A stretch of DNA of 42,107 bases, taken from the NCBI GenBank assembly GCA_028281795.1, contig JANQJE010000088.1:1-42107 (forward strand), read 5' to 3'. Source of the DNA: Cohaesibacteraceae bacterium (lineage in GTDB: Bacteria; Pseudomonadota; Alphaproteobacteria; Rhizobiales; MH13). Under the pieces are notes generated by a model. That model had not been told where the DNA came from and did not search any database. It worked only from the letters and a program-made list of their open reading frames with translations. This document shows positions 9,283 through 18,117 of the stretch, in pieces. Made by a program: the position numbers and the translations under genes. Every line of letters starts with the position of its first letter. Within the stretch, counting starts at the first letter, position 1.

Positions 9283-10827
9283 GTGCCGTGGGTGCGGCAC
9301 AGGCAGACCGTACGCTGGCACCGCGCCGTGCAGATCCTTCTCATGCTGCTTGGGACCGGTGCATGCGTTGCAGCCTTTGCGTTATCGGTGGCGGAATGGA
9401 CACCGCTGTCGGTGCTTGCAGGTTTTCTGCTGGCGATCAGCGCTATGTGGATCAGTGGCGGGGCGGCCACGGCACTGATCGGTGCGGGATTGCCACCATC
9501 ACCGTCAAAGGAGGCTCCGCTTGATTGGATCCCGAGGAGCCAATCGGCCATCGTTTTTACGGTGTGTGGCGAAGACCCGGGTCCGTTGTCAGCGCATCTT
9601 GCAGGCCTTGTCGCCGATTTGCAGCGTCGGGGCCTTGAGGACTTCGTCTGCGTTTTCGTTCTTTCCGACACCTCCGGCGAACAAGCCATTACGCGCGAAG
9701 AGGCTGCGTTGGGGGATTTGGTTGCCGCTGAAACAATCAGCTATCGCCGGCGTCTGACAAATGTAGGCCGCAAACCGGGGAACATTGCGGACTGGTTTCG
9801 CTCGACGGGCCACCGCTTCGACCACATGCTGGTTCTCGATGCAGACAGCCGTATGGCCGCGCGACGGATCCGCACGATGATCTGGACCATGGAAACGCGC
9901 CCGCAGTTGGGCTTGCTCCAGGCGGGCATCGCCCTGGTGCCGGGGCGGACGGGTTTCGGGCGCTATCAGCGCCTCTCAGCCCGCCTGTTGTCGCCCTTGT
10001 TCCTGAGAGGTTTCGCAGCAACGACGGGAGCAACGGCGAATTATTGGGGCCACAACGCGTTGATCCGGATTGCGGCTTTCCGCGATGCGCTCGCATTGCC
10101 GGTTCTCTCCGGGGCTGCCCCCATGGGGGGACCGATCTTGAGCCATGATTTCATCGAGGCCGCGTGGATACGGCGCGCCGGATGGGATGTCGAAGTCGAT
10201 CCGGTCCTCAAGGGCTCGGCGGAAGACGCCCCGCAAACGCTCAAAGAGTTCACTCAGCGCGATCGGCGATGGTGCCAGGGCAATCTGCAGCATCTTCGCC
10301 TGCTTGCAGAGCCTGGCCTGCACCTGCTTAGTCGGGCGCATCTGGTCTTTGGCATTCTGAGTTATCTGGCTGCGCCGATCTGGCTGTCTCTGCTCGTTCT
10401 TCTGACGTCCGGGGCCGTCACCCTGACCACGGCCTGGCCGCTGCTGCCCGTCTTGCTGTTGCTGCTCATACCCAAGCTTTGCGCGCTGGTCCGTGGCTGG
10501 GTGCGCACCAGGACGCGAAACCGGCGCTCGACCCTTGTCCGTGCATTTCTCGGCGAGTTGATCGTTTCAACGGTAATCGCTCCGATAATCATGGTGCGGC
10601 AAACCGGAGCAGTGCTGGCCGTTCTCTTAGGACGGGACTGCGGATGGAAGCGCGCGAACACGTCACATATGCCCCTGCAGCAGGGCGCTTTGGAGATGGT
10701 CGTCGCAATCGGGCTGTGTGCGCTTGCTGTTTTCGGCCAGAACGGCGTGATGGTTTGGCTGCTGCCGGTGATCGGGCCACTTTTCCTTGCGCCTTGGCTC
10801 ATCCGCATGGTTGATGCACCATCGTGA
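9235..10827 (+). CDS. opgH: Osmoregulated periplasmic glucan glucosyltransferase H (GT2)
   Basis: GRKPGNIADW, LVLDADSRM, NYWGHNA, LSHDFIEAA, RDRRWCQGNLQH. Start uncertain (TTG 9235; frame is open from 9127). Confidence 0.9.
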   Translation: MPTDTILSAPALPTDTVPWVRHRQTVRWHRAVQILLMLLGTGACVAAFALSVAEWTPLSVLAGFLLAISAMWISGGAATALIGAGLPPSPSKEAPLDWIPRSQSAIVFTVCGEDPGPLSAHLAGLVADLQRRGLEDFVCVFVLSDTSGEQAITREEAALGDLVAAETISYRRRLTNVGRKPGNIADWFRSTGHRFDHMLVLDADSRMAARRIRTMIWTMETRPQLGLLQAGIALVPGRTGFGRYQRLSARLLSPLFLRGFAATTGATANYWGHNALIRIAAFRDALALPVLSGAAPMGGPILSHDFIEAAWIRRAGWDVEVDPVLKGSAEDAPQTLKEFTQRDRRWCQGNLQHLRLLAEPGLHLLSRAHLVFGILSYLAAPIWLSLLVLLTSGAVTLTTAWPLLPVLLLLLIPKLCALVRGWVRTRTRNRRSTLVRAFLGELIVSTVIAPIIMVRQTGAVLAVLLGRDCGWKRANTSHMPLQQGALEMVVAIGLCALAVFGQNGVMVWLLPVIGPLFLAPWLIRMVDAPS

Positions 10828-12350
10828 TCAACCGGCGTTCCTTCCTTGCAGCGCTGTCCGCGGGACTTGTGGGCTCCACAAACACGGTCTTGCCGCTCGC
10901 CATGGCGCAGAGCGGTGTCGTCCCGTCACTGAGGGAGACGGCGCGCGAGCTTGCCATGCAACCGTACCGGTTACCTGATCGCACCCTTCCGCCGCCGTTT
11001 GCAGACCTCACCTATGATGCCTTTCGCGGCATTCGCCCGCGTACCCGAGAAGCGGCCTTTCTGCCGCAAGGCGATGGTTTCGCCGTCGATCTGCTTCCGC
11101 CGGGTCTCTATTTTCCCGACAGCGTTGCCATCGAGCGCGAAGTGCAGGGTGTGTTGCAAACGCAACCCTTTTCAACGGCCTTGTTCGACTTCGAGCCGCG
11201 CTATTTCGATGCGATACCTGACGAAGCGCCGGGCGCGGGCTTTACCGGTGTGCGTTTGCGTCACCCGATCAACACGCCCGGCCGGCTCGACGAGATCGCG
11301 GTGTTCCAAGGTGGCAGCTATTTCCGCGCCATTGGCCGCGCCATGGCCTACGGTACGTCGGCCCGAGCTGTCGCGATCGGAACGGGTGGGCCGGAGCCTG
11401 AAGAGTTCCCGCGCTTCACGCGGCTTCGCCTCTATGAAGGCAATGGAACGAGTATTCGCCTGGAGGCGGTGATCGACAGCCCTTCGCTGACCGGCCACAT
11501 GGAAACCGTCATGACGCCTGGCGATGACACATTGATGGATGTTGCCGTCACCATCTTCCCTCGGCATCGGCTCACCACCATCGGTATCGCGCCATTAACT
11601 GCGATGTATCTCAAGGGCCCGATGCACACCGCCGTCTCGGATGATTTCCGGCCACGAGTCCACGACGCCGATGTGCTGATGATCCGGAACGGCGCTGGCG
11701 AAACGCTCTGGCGGCCAATCGGCAATCCGGCGCGTGTCGAAACCTCCGCGTTTCTTGACGATAGCCCGCAGCATTTCGGGCTCTATCAAGCGGTGCGGCG
11801 TTATGAGGATTTTGAGGACACCGAAGCCCGCTATCATCATCGTCCCTCGGCTGTTGTGACGCCCAAGAGCCCATGGGGAGCCGGGGCGGTGATGCTGGTT
11901 GAAATCCCGACAGGCGATGAGTTTCTCGACAACATCGTCGCGTTCTGGCGGCCGAATGCCCCGCTTGAAGCGGGTGATGCCTACCGCTTCGACTACACGC
12001 TGCGTTGGACGCTCTCCGACCCTCAGCATCCCGGTCTTGTTCGCGTCACGCAAAGCCGCAGCGGCGAAGAGCACGATCAACCGGGCGCGCGGCGCTTCGT
12101 TGTCGATTTCGACACGCCGCCCGACGGGCTGGTGCCAGACCTCTCCATCCTGGGCGCTGACCCCGAAAGGCTCTTTGGGGAGAGCCTGTTCGCCTTGCCC
12201 GATGGGCGCGGAACGCGCGCGACCTTTCTTTTGAAGCCTGGTGATGACGACACGATCGAGCTCCGGCTCGTTCTGCGCAGCGAGGACGGCGCCGCCGCGA
12301 GCCCTGTCTGGCTGCATCGCTGGACACCCAAGCGGGACGGCGGAGTCTGA
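10824..12350 (+). CDS. opgG: Periplasmic glucan biosynthesis protein G/D, Tat-exported (OpgD-like signal)
   Basis: Tat motif NRRSFL. LTYDAFRGIR, FQGGSYFRA, EEFPRF, GIAPLTAMY, DFRPRVHD, EIPTGDEFLDNIVAFW. GTGA overlap with opgH. Confidence 0.92.
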   Translation: MINRRSFLAALSAGLVGSTNTVLPLAMAQSGVVPSLRETARELAMQPYRLPDRTLPPPFADLTYDAFRGIRPRTREAAFLPQGDGFAVDLLPPGLYFPDSVAIEREVQGVLQTQPFSTALFDFEPRYFDAIPDEAPGAGFTGVRLRHPINTPGRLDEIAVFQGGSYFRAIGRAMAYGTSARAVAIGTGGPEPEEFPRFTRLRLYEGNGTSIRLEAVIDSPSLTGHMETVMTPGDDTLMDVAVTIFPRHRLTTIGIAPLTAMYLKGPMHTAVSDDFRPRVHDADVLMIRNGAGETLWRPIGNPARVETSAFLDDSPQHFGLYQAVRRYEDFEDTEARYHHRPSAVVTPKSPWGAGAVMLVEIPTGDEFLDNIVAFWRPNAPLEAGDAYRFDYTLRWTLSDPQHPGLVRVTQSRSGEEHDQPGARRFVVDFDTPPDGLVPDLSILGADPERLFGESLFALPDGRGTRATFLLKPGDDDTIELRLVLRSEDGAAASPVWLHRWTPKRDGGV

Positions 12351-12510
12351 CGGGCTCCGGCGGATGCGGGCAGTGAACAGAGGGTTCGGACGGCTTGGGC
12401 AGGTGTGTCGTTTGGTGAGCTTTAAACCTCGTTCCTGACACTCTAGGCTTTGTTTTTTACGTTGCGCGGCGGCGATTTGATCCGCGCTGTATCCCATTTG
12501 GAGCAACCGC

Positions 12511-13815
12511 ATGACCAAGCTTTCCTTCGCCACGGCGTTTTTCTTTTCCGTTTCGGCTGTGTCTCTCGGCGCACCAGCCGTCGCGCAGGACCTCGTCACG
12601 CGGACGATGGTTGGCCTGCCGGACGCGCCGAACACGCTGACCTTTCGTCTGACGGCCTTCGACCTCTATTCGTCGGATGACGCAACGCGCGAAGGGTTTG
12701 AAGCGCTGTTCACCGATTTCATCCGCGCCCGGCCCGATTGGAAAATCGAGACGCAGCTGCAAACCGCCAACATCGGTCAGGAACAGGCGCGCATCCTGCA
12801 GCAGACCTTGGCCGGACGTGGGCCGGACTGCGCCATGATCGACAGTTCGCAACTGGCACTGTTCAAGGAGAACGGTGTTCTCCAGCCGATGAATGCTGTG
12901 TTCTCCGAGGAAGAGGTCGCGGACCTGTTTCCCTATGTGCGCGAAGCCGTGACAAATGAGGCGGGCGAAGTGCTCGCCTGGTGGTGGTTCACCGATCTGC
13001 GGGTGCTCTACCGCGACACATCCGTCGTGCCGGATGCACCGCAGACGTGGGACGAATTGAAAGCGGCGGCCCTTGCGGCGGCCGGCGAGGGCAGGGAAGG
13101 CATCCTCTTCAATGGCGGGCGCTGGGAAGGCACCGCCTTCGACTGGCTGGCCAATTTCTGGGCACAGGGCGGCCGGCTGGTCGACGATGACGGCGAGCCC
13201 ATCTTTGCCGACGGCGAAAATCGCGAAAAATTTCTTACTGCCGTCGCCTATGTACAGGATCTGGTTGAAAGCGGTGCAGCGCCGCAACGCGTCTCATCCA
13301 TCGTCAACTATGATGCCTTCAACGCTGCCGCCGCAGCGGGCACGGCCGCCATGTTCATCGGGGGAAACTGGCAATATGGCCAGCTGCGCACCACGCTGCC
13401 GCCCGAAGCTTTCGCCAACTGGGCCGTCTCGGAGCTTCCCGGTCCGACGGCGGACGATCGCGCTACGGGCACTGGTGGATGGACCATCGCGGCGCTAACC
13501 GATGATCCTGACAAGGCGGCGCTCTGCGGCGAGATCGCCAAGGAGATTTACGCCGGGCCGGGCAACGCGCTGCAAGGCCTGCTGCCTACCTCGGCCTCAC
13601 TCTACGAGCAGTATGACGCATATGACGGCCCGGAGTTCGAGCTCTTTGCTGAAGCCTTGCAAAATGGCGTCTCACGGCCGGGCGCAGCGATCTACCCGGA
13701 AATCTCCAACCAGATCCAGATCCTGCTGGGCGAAGTGCTGTCAGGCTCGGCGGACCCAGAAACGGCCCTCGATGCAGCGGCAGATGCGGTGCGGGCTGCC
13801 TTCGAGCGTCTGTGA
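12511..13815 (+). CDS. Carbohydrate ABC transporter substrate-binding protein (CUT1)
   Basis: Signal peptide ending AVA-Q, GRGPD, DLRVLYRD, PQTWDEL, AAMFIGGNW, GGWTI. Confidence 0.9.
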   Translation: MTKLSFATAFFFSVSAVSLGAPAVAQDLVTRTMVGLPDAPNTLTFRLTAFDLYSSDDATREGFEALFTDFIRARPDWKIETQLQTANIGQEQARILQQTLAGRGPDCAMIDSSQLALFKENGVLQPMNAVFSEEEVADLFPYVREAVTNEAGEVLAWWWFTDLRVLYRDTSVVPDAPQTWDELKAAALAAAGEGREGILFNGGRWEGTAFDWLANFWAQGGRLVDDDGEPIFADGENREKFLTAVAYVQDLVESGAAPQRVSSIVNYDAFNAAAAAGTAAMFIGGNWQYGQLRTTLPPEAFANWAVSELPGPTADDRATGTGGWTIAALTDDPDKAALCGEIAKEIYAGPGNALQGLLPTSASLYEQYDAYDGPEFELFAEALQNGVSRPGAAIYPEISNQIQILLGEVLSGSADPETALDAAADAVRAAFERL

Positions 13816-13923
13816 CCGCTTCTCCCGCTCGTATAGGTGAAGCAAAGGATGCGGACCTCTGTGCCGACGCGGATGCGTTAACGCACAAGCTTGGAGCGCA
13901 TGACGTGAGCCCGGTTTCCTTCC

Positions 13924-14826
13924 ATGCGCTCTAGCAAACCTGCCAGCGTGCAAATCCGTCGCCGCGATCGCGCGCTTCCCTGGCTAGCGCCTGCGCTCCT
14001 CATGCTCGCCGTCTTCTACGCGGTCCCTGTTCTTGATGTTTTCCGCCTGGCGTTCAGCGATGCAACGCTGGTGCGCGCGCCGACCGCCTATTCGCTGGAG
14101 ACGTTCTCTGACGTTCTGACCAATGCCGTCCTGCCGGAAATCCTGCTAACGACGCTCATCTTCACCGGCCTCAGTGTGGTGGTGCTGCAGCTTGTGGGTT
14201 TGATGATCGCGCTGCTTCTGGTACGCGGTGAGCGGCGCGGGCTGCACGGGATGGCCGCGTTTCGCACACTTGTGCTTGCCGCCTGGGTCGTTCCCGGCAT
14301 TGCCAATGGCCTCATCTGGCAGATGCTGTTCGATGAAGCGCCTTATGGCACGCTCAACAGCCTGCTTGGCTTTGTCGGCGTTGGCCCGGTGGCCTGGCTC
14401 TCCGATCCGGTCATGGCGATGGTTTCGGCGATCATCGCCAATGTCTGGCAGGGGACGGCATTTTCCATGGTCGTGTTTTATGCTGCGCGCCGAGCGATCA
14501 ATCCGACGCTTTACGAGGTCGCGTCGGTCGATGGGGCTAATGCATGGGAGGCTTTCTGGGCGATCACCGTGCCGCAGCTTCGTTTGGCAATCGCGGCGAA
14601 CACCATCCTCGTTTCGGTGCAAACACTGAATACGTTCGACTCCATTCTCGCGTTGACCGGCGGCGGGCCAGGGCGCGCGACAGAGGTGCTGGCGCTCTTC
14701 ACCTTCAACACCGTTTTTTACAATCTCGATCTCGCCGGCGGCAGCGTTCTCGCGCTCATCCTTTTTGCACTGGGGCTCGCCTTTGCGACGCTCATCTTCG
14801 GCTGGCTGCGGAGGGAGGCGGCATGA
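13924..14826 (+). CDS. Carbohydrate ABC transporter permease (MalF/UgpA-like)
   Basis: TM pattern, WLSDP, EAA-loop LYEVASVDGA, LTGGGPG. Confidence 0.9.
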   Translation: MRSSKPASVQIRRRDRALPWLAPALLMLAVFYAVPVLDVFRLAFSDATLVRAPTAYSLETFSDVLTNAVLPEILLTTLIFTGLSVVVLQLVGLMIALLLVRGERRGLHGMAAFRTLVLAAWVVPGIANGLIWQMLFDEAPYGTLNSLLGFVGVGPVAWLSDPVMAMVSAIIANVWQGTAFSMVVFYAARRAINPTLYEVASVDGANAWEAFWAITVPQLRLAIAANTILVSVQTLNTFDSILALTGGGPGRATEVLALFTFNTVFYNLDLAGGSVLALILFALGLAFATLIFGWLRREAA

Positions 14827-15689
14827 CGGGTGATGTGACCAGCGGTATGACTGCAGGCAAGCGCGCACGCGCCGGCGATGTGGCAACCTACGCCCTGCTG
14901 GCTCTTCTGACCGCGTTTTTCCTTGCGCCCTTTGTCTGGCTTTTGAGCTTGTCGCTGCGCACATCGACCGAAGTGTTCCTCGGTGCTTCCAGGCTTATTC
15001 CCGATGTGCCGACGCTTGGTAACTTCGAGCGGATACTCTCCGATCCGGCGTTCCTCACCTATCTTTGGAACGGGCTGAAACTGTCGGTCATGGGCGGTGG
15101 ACTTGCCGTCGCGCTGGCCATCCCGGCCGCCTATGCGTTTTCCCGGCTTCGGTGGCGGGGGATGGACGCGCTGTTGATTGCGATCCTGGCTGTGCAGATG
15201 ATTTCACCCTTGGTGATCCTCGTGCCGCTTTACCGCTGGCTCAGCGCGCTCGATCTCCTCAACACCCATCTGACGGTCATCGCGGTTTACGGTGCTTTGG
15301 GCATGCCGCTCGCGGTCTGGCTGCTCAAAGTCGCGTTCGATGCGATCCCGGTCGAGATCGAGGAGGCTGCCTTTGTCGATGGCGCATCGCGATGGATCGT
15401 CCTGACACGTCTAACGTTGCCGCTTGCCCGGCCGGGCATCGCGTCTGCCTTCATCCTCGCTATGGTGATGAACTGGTCGCAGTTCCTCGTGCCCTTCATC
15501 CTCTTGGAGCGTGACGGCGACTGGCCGGTTTCTGTGGCGATCTTCAACTTTGCTGGCTCCATCAGCGCCTCGACGACGCAGCTTCTCGCAGCCGCATGCC
15601 TTGTTGCGCTCATCCCGGCCGTCACCGTGTTCGTGCTGCTGCAGCGGATGATCGTCTCGGCTCTCATCGCAGGCGCCGTTAAGGGCTGA
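14823..15689 (+). CDS. Carbohydrate ABC transporter permease (MalG/UgpE-like)
   Basis: AAYAFSR, IPVEIEEAAFVDGA, C-terminal GAVKG. ATGA overlap at 14823. Confidence 0.9.
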   Translation: MTGDVTSGMTAGKRARAGDVATYALLALLTAFFLAPFVWLLSLSLRTSTEVFLGASRLIPDVPTLGNFERILSDPAFLTYLWNGLKLSVMGGGLAVALAIPAAYAFSRLRWRGMDALLIAILAVQMISPLVILVPLYRWLSALDLLNTHLTVIAVYGALGMPLAVWLLKVAFDAIPVEIEEAAFVDGASRWIVLTRLTLPLARPGIASAFILAMVMNWSQFLVPFILLERDGDWPVSVAIFNFAGSISASTTQLLAAACLVALIPAVTVFVLLQRMIVSALIAGAVKG

Positions 15690-16491
15690 CCAGGCGCGCA
15701 TAAACGTCGCCGGAATTGGCATCATCCGGAAGTGTGGTGATCGCCTCTGCCATCTGCAACGCTGTCATCCAGTCGGTGTGCTGGAGCCGGTGCTCTTCGC
15801 CAAGGCTGAGATTGAAGCGGTAAGTGCCAAGCGCTTGGAGCGCCTCGATGCACTGAAGCGCGACCTCCCGCTGGATGGTTGTGACTTCGAACGATAGAGC
15901 GCGAAGCGGGGTGCTCAGGCCCTCGAGCACATCGCGCTCATAGCCTTCGACATCGATCTTCACGAAGTCCGGCACACCGTGCTGTGCGATCAGATCATCA
16001 AGCGTGGTGACCGCTACCGTCATGGTCTGATCCCAGGTTTGGCCTTGCCACCCATCCGCCCGTGATGCGGCTTGGACGAAGTCCACAGACAGCGTGGAGA
16101 CCGTGGGGTTGGCGCTGTTGACCCTGAGCGTTGCCGTTCCGGTTGCTGCTCCAACAGCGGCATGTACCAGTGCTGTGTCTGTGTTGCTGCCATAAAGCAG
16201 CTGCAAGGCTCGAAAAGGCCTGGGTTGAGGCTCGACGGCCACCACCTCGGCGCCGAGCCGCAGGAAGCTTCCCGTCCGGTCGCCGACATGCGCGCCGATA
16301 TCGAAGGCAAGGCTCCCGCTGCCAACGAACGAGGCGTGCAGCGCATCCATGCGCTGTATCCGTCTGCGGTCGCGATAGTAGACATCGAACGAACGGCGGA
16401 GACTTGCGGCAGTGCCGGCAAGACTGTTGGGCCTTGGATCTCTCATGACAGCGGTTCCGTCAGCCATGCCATCCGAACCAGGGTCTCCCAT
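15679..16491 (-). CDS. FkbM-family SAM-dependent methyltransferase
   Basis: FDIGAHVG, VAVEPQP, TTLDDLI, FVKIDVEGYE. Start uncertain (16491, 16467 or 16446). 11-bp convergent overlap with the permease. Confidence 0.9.
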   Translation of the reverse strand: MGDPGSDGMADGTAVMRDPRPNSLAGTAASLRRSFDVYYRDRRRIQRMDALHASFVGSGSLAFDIGAHVGDRTGSFLRLGAEVVAVEPQPRPFRALQLLYGSNTDTALVHAAVGAATGTATLRVNSANPTVSTLSVDFVQAASRADGWQGQTWDQTMTVAVTTLDDLIAQHGVPDFVKIDVEGYERDVLEGLSTPLRALSFEVTTIQREVALQCIEALQALGTYRFNLSLGEEHRLQHTDWMTALQMAEAITTLPDDANSGDVYARLVSP

Positions 16492-16668
16492 CGTGTTCTT
16501 GCATCGTCACGAAAGGTAGAGCCTTTTCAGTCCTAGGGGCAGACGCCCGGCTTCGGCTTAGCTGCATGGATCGTCAACTACCGTTCTTCTGTATGCGTAT
16601 GAGACAGCAAACCGGTAGACTGACCGATTAAGTTTCATCGGCGACGGGCCGCAATCCGGATCGAGTGG

Positions 16669-16733
16669 CTTACACAAAATCTTACACACTCTTTGCAAAC
16701 GAGCTCAAATTATCAATTTAGATCAATTACTTG
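16669..16733 (+). mobile_element. Putative att-site arm: integrase arm-type direct repeats plus IHF-like box
   Basis: CTTACACA at 16669-16676 and 16681-16688. GATCAATTACTTG (16721-16733) differs from IHF consensus WATCAANNNNTTR only at the first base. AT-rich and immediately before the tRNA fragment. Confidence 0.55.
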
Positions 16734-16748
16734 TTTCTCTGTGCGACC

Positions 16749-16795
16749 GTCTCCAAAACCGTAGGTCGCGGGTTCGAACCCTGCTGCCCCTGCCA
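16749..16795 (+). pseudogene. 3' half of tRNA-Trp(CCA): att (attR-type) duplication of an integrative element
   Basis: GT-CTCCAAA-ACCG anticodon loop, T arm GCGGG-TTCGAAC-CCTGC, acceptor 3' strand TGCCCCT-G-CCA. No D arm or 5' acceptor strand upstream, and the 5' side of the anticodon stem does not pair fully. Confidence 0.85.
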
Positions 16796-17015
16796 TCGCT
16801 GCAACTGCGATCTGATGCCAATTAACGTGGACAGTGTCCGTAAGTGCATGCCAACCCTGAAGCACCAGCGTCGCTAGGATGAGAACAGATTGGTGATGGT
16901 TTGGCCGTTTAACCGTCCGAACTTCTGACAAAACCGATCCATTCAGGTCCGTCGACAAGTGATTGGCGCTGCATCCGGTGCAGCCCCGGCGCATCATCGG
17001 TCGATGACCGACCGG

Positions 17016-18107
17016 TTATGTGCCCGCTTTACGTCCGTTGATCGCGTCAAGTATTGCCGTTTCAGCCACCGCCGTCGTTGCTGACCCACCAAGATCCGGT
17101 GTGCGCGTCGAGGCATTGACAAGGCTCGTCTCGATGGCTTGTTCCAGCAAGGTGGCTGCTTCGGCTTGCCCGAGGTGGTCCAGCATCATGGCTGCTGTCC
17201 ACACTGCAGCCACCGGGTTGGCGATGCCCTTGCCAGCAATATCGGGCGCTGAACCATGCACGGGCTCGAACATGGAAGGTGCCGTGCGATCCGGATTGAT
17301 GTTGGCTGCTGGCGCGATGCCGATGGAGCCCGCCACAGCCGGGCCGAGATCGCTTAAGATGTCGCCGAACAGGTTGGAGCCAACCACCACGTCAAACCAG
17401 TCCGGATGCAGTACGAAATGCGCGGTCAGGATATCGATGTGATACTTTGAGGTCGCGATATCCGGGTGCCGCTGTGACGCGGCTTCGAACCGCTCATCCC
17501 AAAACGGCATGGAATGCATGATGCCGTTGGACTTGGTGGCCGATGTGACGTGGCCACGATAGCCCGATGCCTTGCGCTTAGATGCGATCTGAAAGGCATA
17601 ATCCATAATCCGATCGGTACCACGCCGGGTGAACACCGCCTCCTGGACAGCCATTTCCTGATCCGTGCCACGGTACAGTCGGCCACCGATTTCGGAGTAC
17701 TCGCCCTCCACATTCTCGCGGACGACAACAAAGTCGATCTCTTCCGGCGAGCGGCCAGCCAGCGGTGATTGGACGCCTTTCAGCAGGCGGACCGGACGCA
17801 CATTCGCCCACTGATCAAGCTGGCGCCGTAGAGGAATGAGCAGGCCCCACAGGGACACATGATCTGGTACGCCCGGCCAGCCAACAGCGCCGAGATAGAT
17901 TGCATCATGGTCGCGCACCCGGTCGATGCCGTCTTTCGGCATCATGCTCCCAGTCTCCGCATAGCGCTGGCACGACCAGTCAAAAACCTGCCAATCGATC
18001 GCGAAGCCGAACTTGGCGGCCACCGCATCGGCAGCACGCTGCCCGACGGGTATGACTTCCGTGCCAATGCCGTCGCCGGGAATGGTCGCGATTGAATAGC
18101 GGGTCAT
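17016..18107 (-). CDS. ttuC: Tartrate dehydrogenase/decarboxylase (D-malate dehydrogenase), beta-decarboxylating dehydrogenase family
   Basis: IPGDGIG, VPDHVSLWGLLIP, RENVEGEYS, TSATKSNGI, NLFGDILSDL, FEPVHGSAPDIAGKGIANP. ATG 18107 follows GGAGA. Confidence 0.92.
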   Translation of the reverse strand: MTRYSIATIPGDGIGTEVIPVGQRAADAVAAKFGFAIDWQVFDWSCQRYAETGSMMPKDGIDRVRDHDAIYLGAVGWPGVPDHVSLWGLLIPLRRQLDQWANVRPVRLLKGVQSPLAGRSPEEIDFVVVRENVEGEYSEIGGRLYRGTDQEMAVQEAVFTRRGTDRIMDYAFQIASKRKASGYRGHVTSATKSNGIMHSMPFWDERFEAASQRHPDIATSKYHIDILTAHFVLHPDWFDVVVGSNLFGDILSDLGPAVAGSIGIAPAANINPDRTAPSMFEPVHGSAPDIAGKGIANPVAAVWTAAMMLDHLGQAEAATLLEQAIETSLVNASTRTPDLGGSATTAVAETAILDAINGRKAGT

Positions 18108-18117
18108 GAGATCTCCT

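Noticed and set aside
16720-16795. Intact tRNA-Trp gene
   Set aside because: The 5' half (acceptor 5' strand and D arm) is missing and the upstream sequence is AT-rich and non-pairing. Treated as an att remnant.
16968-16984. Hairpin GCTGCA-TCCGG-TGCAGC as terminator of the ttuC operon
   Set aside because: Short stem with no U-tract; insufficient support.
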